Source of the DNA: Rhynchopus sp. YZ270_cl-10
Lineage: Eukaryota
Assembly (NCBI GenBank): GCA_964035575.1
Contig: OZ037838.1
Location: forward strand, 1,922,001-1,986,000
Direction of reading: 5' to 3'
Length of the DNA: 64,000 nucleotides
A model generated the notes under the pieces. It worked only from the letters and a program-made list of their open reading frames with translations. It was not told the DNA's origin and ran no database searches. Position numbers and translations under genes: made by a program. This document shows, one piece after another, positions 59,351 to 64,000 of this stretch (the first letter of the stretch is position 1; every line of letters starts with the position of its first letter).

Positions 59351-60436
59351 ATGGATGTGACCTTTGTTCTGGAAGAGTCAGGCGTGACTGCGACAGTGGA
59401 AGTGCCGTGCGAGGCGGACGTTGCAGCGGCAAAGGAGGTTGGGTGCACGGCGCTTGCTGTCTCGCCTGCGTCTGTCGAGATGCGCATCGGCACGCAGGTG
59501 CTGGAGGGGACGTGCCGTCTGCAGGACACTGCGTTTGGTGCAGGGGTGCAGGTTGTGCTTGCCCGCCCTCGCTTGGCCGATATCAAGTGTCCAGCTCAAT
59601 ACCATGTAAAGAGTACACTGAAGAACTTCGTAACAATCTCGCTGTCGCGTTGTGGAACACTCTGCATCTCTGGTCTTGAGGGGAATATTGTTGGCTTTGA
59701 CACAGAAACCTTTGCCCGTGCGTTTGAGTTCGAAATAGGCTATATGGTTCGCAGTCCGCCTGCCATCTCGCAGTGCAAGACACGTTGCTACCTGGCATGT
59801 TTGTATTGCCTTGTCGAGGTTGCGCTTCCGGGTGGGGAGGTTCTCCGCAAAATCGACGGCCCCTCGTACTCGGTGTTCGCGTGTGGCGGTGTTGTTGTCT
59901 CCCAAGGCAATTACGGCGTCTCTGTGTATGACGAAAACCTGACGTTGCTCCGCACTCTCTTGCACAAAGGGTGCGATAAAGCGGCAGTGTCGGACTGTGG
60001 TGGGTGGGTGATCACCTCCTCCGAAAAACAGAACGACGCACGTCTGTGGGATGTGAACACAGGTGAAGGGCTGGTGTCTGCGTCGATGGAGGGGCGGTGT
60101 GATGCAGTGGCGCTCTCACCGTCTATCACTGCCTTCGCTGTGGGGGGTGAGGAGGGTGTACGGGTCTATGGTTCAGAACTTGACGAAGAACACGCTGCGT
60201 GTCGGGATGTCAGTGGCTTGCAGTTCACGCCGTGCGGGAGGTACCTTGTGGTCCGTGCTGCGATTGATGCCTGGTGTGACGAATACGAACTTCACCAATA
60301 CGATGTGGCTACCATGTCTCGTGTCCTCGTGATTCCTGATGTCGGTACATCGTTTGCGATATCGCCGTGCTCACGTGTGGTTGTGTTTGGGACACCCGCA
60401 AATGAGGTGTTGACGAGACACCTGTACCCACACTAG
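59351..60436 (+). CDS. Ubl + WD40-like propeller protein, intact (most divergent propeller)
   Basis: Conserved Ubl and a divergent C-terminal half ending RHLYPH. Confidence 0.8.
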   Translation: MDVTFVLEESGVTATVEVPCEADVAAAKEVGCTALAVSPASVEMRIGTQVLEGTCRLQDTAFGAGVQVVLARPRLADIKCPAQYHVKSTLKNFVTISLSRCGTLCISGLEGNIVGFDTETFARAFEFEIGYMVRSPPAISQCKTRCYLACLYCLVEVALPGGEVLRKIDGPSYSVFACGGVVVSQGNYGVSVYDENLTLLRTLLHKGCDKAAVSDCGGWVITSSEKQNDARLWDVNTGEGLVSASMEGRCDAVALSPSITAFAVGGEEGVRVYGSELDEEHAACRDVSGLQFTPCGRYLVVRAAIDAWCDEYELHQYDVATMSRVLVIPDVGTSFAISPCSRVVVFGTPANEVLTRHLYPH

Positions 60437-61745
60437 GCACAGGTGGTTTCTTCATAATTGTACAATAAAATACAGAACTAACATGCAAAACAGAACAACC
60501 CACTCAATAAATGTATGGATGGATGTGATCAACGTACGGTTTGTAAGGAAATAAAAACTGTCTCTTTTCAATAATACAGACCGAAATGATTGGTGGTGTG
60601 TGTGTTCGGAAATAAAAACTGTCTCTTTTCTGTCTTGTTTAATGTTCATTGTTTCCCTTTCATTGCCCTTTGCTTGCTTCCCGACTCCAATTCAATCAAT
60701 ACTCACAGAGGGGAGACAAAAATAATTAGCGTTTCTTGTTTAGAAAAAAAATAAAAAGGGCAGCAGTCTTCGGACAGGTGCGTAGCAACACCTCCCTTGC
60801 GAGCTCACAGAAGCTGAGTCGTTTATAAATTTGTGTCAAGGTTTTAGTTTTTGAAAGACAAGTAGATGTAATGTATGCTTTTTGTTAACCTGACTCCCTC
60901 CGCATCCCGTTGTAAACCATATCCCTCCCCTACGAGCTCTATGCTTCTATGGCGTGCTCGCTAATGGTGTTAATAATCTTATAAAAGACTAACAACGAAT
61001 ACAAGAAAGGAACTTCGTATTGTAAAAGGAAAGCCACACCCAAGCCCCCAGCCCTCCCCCTTCCTCCCCTGAACCAGTATCAATACTGGAAATACACAGA
61101 CTGGACATTCTCCCCCTACATTTTCCCCCCTGTCTCTCCCGTGTTAAAAAATTCTTCTGTCCCAATTGCAGCACTACACATAGTTGTATGCCTCGCTTCG
61201 CTCGGCAAACAACAATACACAATAGGGCGACCATGCTTATGAAAAAAATAGCTCCAGTTCACTTTTGTGCCTCGTTCTAACTCACCGGAACATGTACAGT
61301 GTAAGACTTTTCATGTGCATAATAAACGTACCCCCCTTGCCCTTCCCAGCTTTATTTGGAATAAAAAAAAGGCTAGCTATGGGCTAGTTTGAACGAATAA
61401 ATAAAGAAGGGGGTATTGCATTTTTTTTTTTCAAAACACCCCCCAAAGAACCTCCCCTTTGGGACCTGTTGCTGCTGTTCTCTTGCTTTCTTGGTCTGCC
61501 ACACCTCACATGCTGTTGACGGTGCCACACCTTGTACCACTTACCATGCCCGTCCGAAAGGAGGGTGCTTCGCGGCCCTATTCGAGACCGCAGGCTGTGA
61601 CTTTCTTCACCTATCTTATCACACACCACTCTCAGGGTGCGCGGACCCCTCAACACGGGTTGTTTTGTTTTGCACCAATAGCGCTCTCCATTATCTCTTT
61701 CCCCCCTTTTCTCCTCTTTTAAACTTTGTTTGTATCCATTTCACT

Positions 61746-63425
61746 ATGGGCTTTGGACTGGAAGGGTGGAGTGCGTGGACGGTGTCTCTAGCATGTCTTG
61801 CCCTGCAGCTGGCTGGGGGGCATATCTATGTGTTTGGGACGTATTCTGATGAGTTGAAGTACATGTTGTTCAGCAGCCAGAACGACACGTCTGCGCAGAC
61901 GAAGATCCAGAGCATGGCACTGGCAGCGAACATTGGCACGTACGTCCCTTTTTCAGGTTTCTTCTACGACTCGCCCTTGGGCGGTGCAACCAGCTGCATC
62001 TGTGTCGGTGCCGCACTCACCTTCACAGGCTACTTCTTCCTCAACAAAGCCGCCACAGGCTGGGACACACCCTTCCCCGCTCTGCTGCTGCTCTGCTGGA
62101 TGTGGGGGAACGGCTCCTCGTACTACAATACTGTCGCAGTGTCGACCAGCATAAAGAACTTTCCACACCACCGCGGGATGATCACCGGGTTGATGGCCTC
62201 CTTTTTTGGCCTCAGTGCGAGTGTGCTGCTGCAGTTCTATTTTGTGTTTTTCAAGCCAACACCTTTGGAGGCGTCAGACGGCGTTGTTTTGGCTCCTGAG
62301 GACCATGTGGTGCACGAAACGGATGGGGTGCCTGATTTTTTGCTGTTTCTTGGTATTGCTTCAGCGTGTGTTGGGCTGGTGGCCGTGGTGTTCGTGTCGC
62401 CTGCTGTGCCTGTTCAGGTGTCGGGCGCTGTGTCACGCAGACTGCGTGCCGCGTACGTTATCATTCTCTCTACTGCTGCAGTGCTGCTCGCTGCTGCCAT
62501 CTACACCGCTGCTGAAGACGAAGGGCAAGGTGGCGGCACACCTGTCGAGATCGCTGTGCTCTGCGTGATGATGTTCCTGCTCGGCACCCTCGGCCTCCTC
62601 CCGTTCCGCGCAGATCCACAGGTTGCAGTCACAGAAGAAGCAGCAACAACTTCCTGCAGCAAGACGTGCCTGCGTCCGAGCGAGGTCTTCCGAAGGGTAG
62701 AGTTTTGGTGTCTCTTCGGCGCGTTGCTGCCCACTATGGGTGGCGGGTTGATGGTTCTGAACAATGTTGCGCAGATGGCGCGGGCACGTGGGTACGGCAA
62801 TATCAGCGCAGTTCTGGTGCAGCTGATGTCGGTGTGCAACTGCTGCGCACGGCTTGCGATCGGCGCAGCTTCGGACGGTCTAGGGAAGCGCGTCTCGCGG
62901 ACAGTCTTCTTCTGCGGGGTTCTGTTCCTGACGGTGTGCGCACAGCTGGTGCTCCTCATCCCTGTCGACTTTGCAATGATTCTCGGCAGCTGTGTTGCTG
63001 CCTTCGCTTACGGTTCCGCCTGGGCCATTTTCCCACCACTCATCTCTGAGCTCTTTGGCCTGCAGTACCTGGCAACGCTGTACTCCGTTACCGTAGTCTC
63101 TGCGTGCCTCGGGTCGCTCATCTTTTCCACCCTCATTGCATCTGCAGTGTACGAAGAACATCAGGACCCCAGTGGCGACTGCTACGGTGATGTCTGCTAC
63201 CGCCTTACGCATACTATAGTCGCGATTTCAGCCAGTGTGGGGCTTGTCTTCGCATGTGTCCTTTGGCATCGTACACGAGACCACGGCATGCAGCTGTTGC
63301 CTATGGATGACGAAGAGAGGCGAGAAGGCAGAGCTGCTTCAGAGAGTGACACCCTGCTTGACGAAACGCTTGCGACAGTCAAGGTTTCGGAGGGTACTGC
63401 AAGGAATGTGCTTCTCGCAACCTAA
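61746..63425 (+). CDS. Major facilitator superfamily transporter, nodulin-like/NFD4 type
   Basis: About 12 TM segments. Motifs IYVFGTYSDELK, KNFPHHRGMITGLMASFFGLSASV, GGGLMVLNNVAQM and ISELFGLQY. Confidence 0.9.
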   Translation: MGFGLEGWSAWTVSLACLALQLAGGHIYVFGTYSDELKYMLFSSQNDTSAQTKIQSMALAANIGTYVPFSGFFYDSPLGGATSCICVGAALTFTGYFFLNKAATGWDTPFPALLLLCWMWGNGSSYYNTVAVSTSIKNFPHHRGMITGLMASFFGLSASVLLQFYFVFFKPTPLEASDGVVLAPEDHVVHETDGVPDFLLFLGIASACVGLVAVVFVSPAVPVQVSGAVSRRLRAAYVIILSTAAVLLAAAIYTAAEDEGQGGGTPVEIAVLCVMMFLLGTLGLLPFRADPQVAVTEEAATTSCSKTCLRPSEVFRRVEFWCLFGALLPTMGGGLMVLNNVAQMARARGYGNISAVLVQLMSVCNCCARLAIGAASDGLGKRVSRTVFFCGVLFLTVCAQLVLLIPVDFAMILGSCVAAFAYGSAWAIFPPLISELFGLQYLATLYSVTVVSACLGSLIFSTLIASAVYEEHQDPSGDCYGDVCYRLTHTIVAISASVGLVFACVLWHRTRDHGMQLLPMDDEERREGRAASESDTLLDETLATVKVSEGTARNVLLAT

Positions 63426-64000
63426 GAGGGGGTAGGGGGAAGGGGGGGAAAGGGGGGGGTTTTTTGTGGTGATGACGAAAAAGGATTGCCAGAAACAGAG
63501 ACTGTTTTTCTGGTTCTGCAAGCAGTCCACGGGTGGTTCTCGGGTGGTGTGTTTAGAATTTGTATTTTTTTTTTACATTGGGGAAACTGATTGTCAATTT
63601 CCCTTTCGAGCGGAACACATGTTGGCTCCTTTTCTTTTATTACGTTGCGCACAGTGCCTCTACGTTCATATACAGTTGCAGAATTCTCATATTCCTGCAA
63701 CGTTTGCAGCGCTCCCTATCGAGGGTGAACCGCACACAAGCACGTTTGGATGCGCAGTGTGGCAAAATACCCATCTTTCCAGATTTCCCCGTTTTAGAAT
63801 CAACAGAGTGTTAACCCTAATTTTTTTTGCGTACGAATCGAAAATCCCAGAACAGAGTTCTACACTATTTTGTTTGCACTGCGACACTGCAAGTCTGTCC
63901 ATGTTTTACGATAAAAGAGTGAAGTACTCCACTAAAGAAATCGAGCAAAATGTGGTGAACTCGTCAGTGCCCGCTTGCGAAAGTGAATTTTACTTTACAA

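Overview
Eukaryotic (protist-like) genomic DNA. Every recognisable host gene is on the + strand, nearly all without visible introns, and most follow pyrimidine tracts. This suggests a euglenozoan directional gene cluster, plausibly diplonemid (inference). The window is dominated by two interleaved tandem multigene families with a ubiquitin-like N-terminus fused to a repeat scaffold: Ubl+WD40-like propeller (12 copies, 6 intact) and Ubl+LRR (2 intact plus fragments). Single-copy genes are a transmembrane class III cyclase-like protein, a Zn-finger/ankyrin protein, a secreted sulfatase and an MFS transporter. The centrepiece is an apparently intact 7.1-kb tyrosine-recombinase retrotransposon (14631-21754) in VIPER/TATE-like gene order (Gag, YR, RT-RNase H) with split direct repeats A1...B1-A2...B2. 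Gag and YR are in one frame separated by a single TGA, and the RT frame is open across the whole YR gene. A 1.5-kb array of hairpin-forming ~350-bp repeats lies between A2 and B2, and two short A+B derivatives occur elsewhere in the window. Several non-autonomous DNA transposons with TIRs and TSDs are also present, some nested and several verifiable against empty paralogous sites in the same window. All family assignments come from motif recognition, not database searches.
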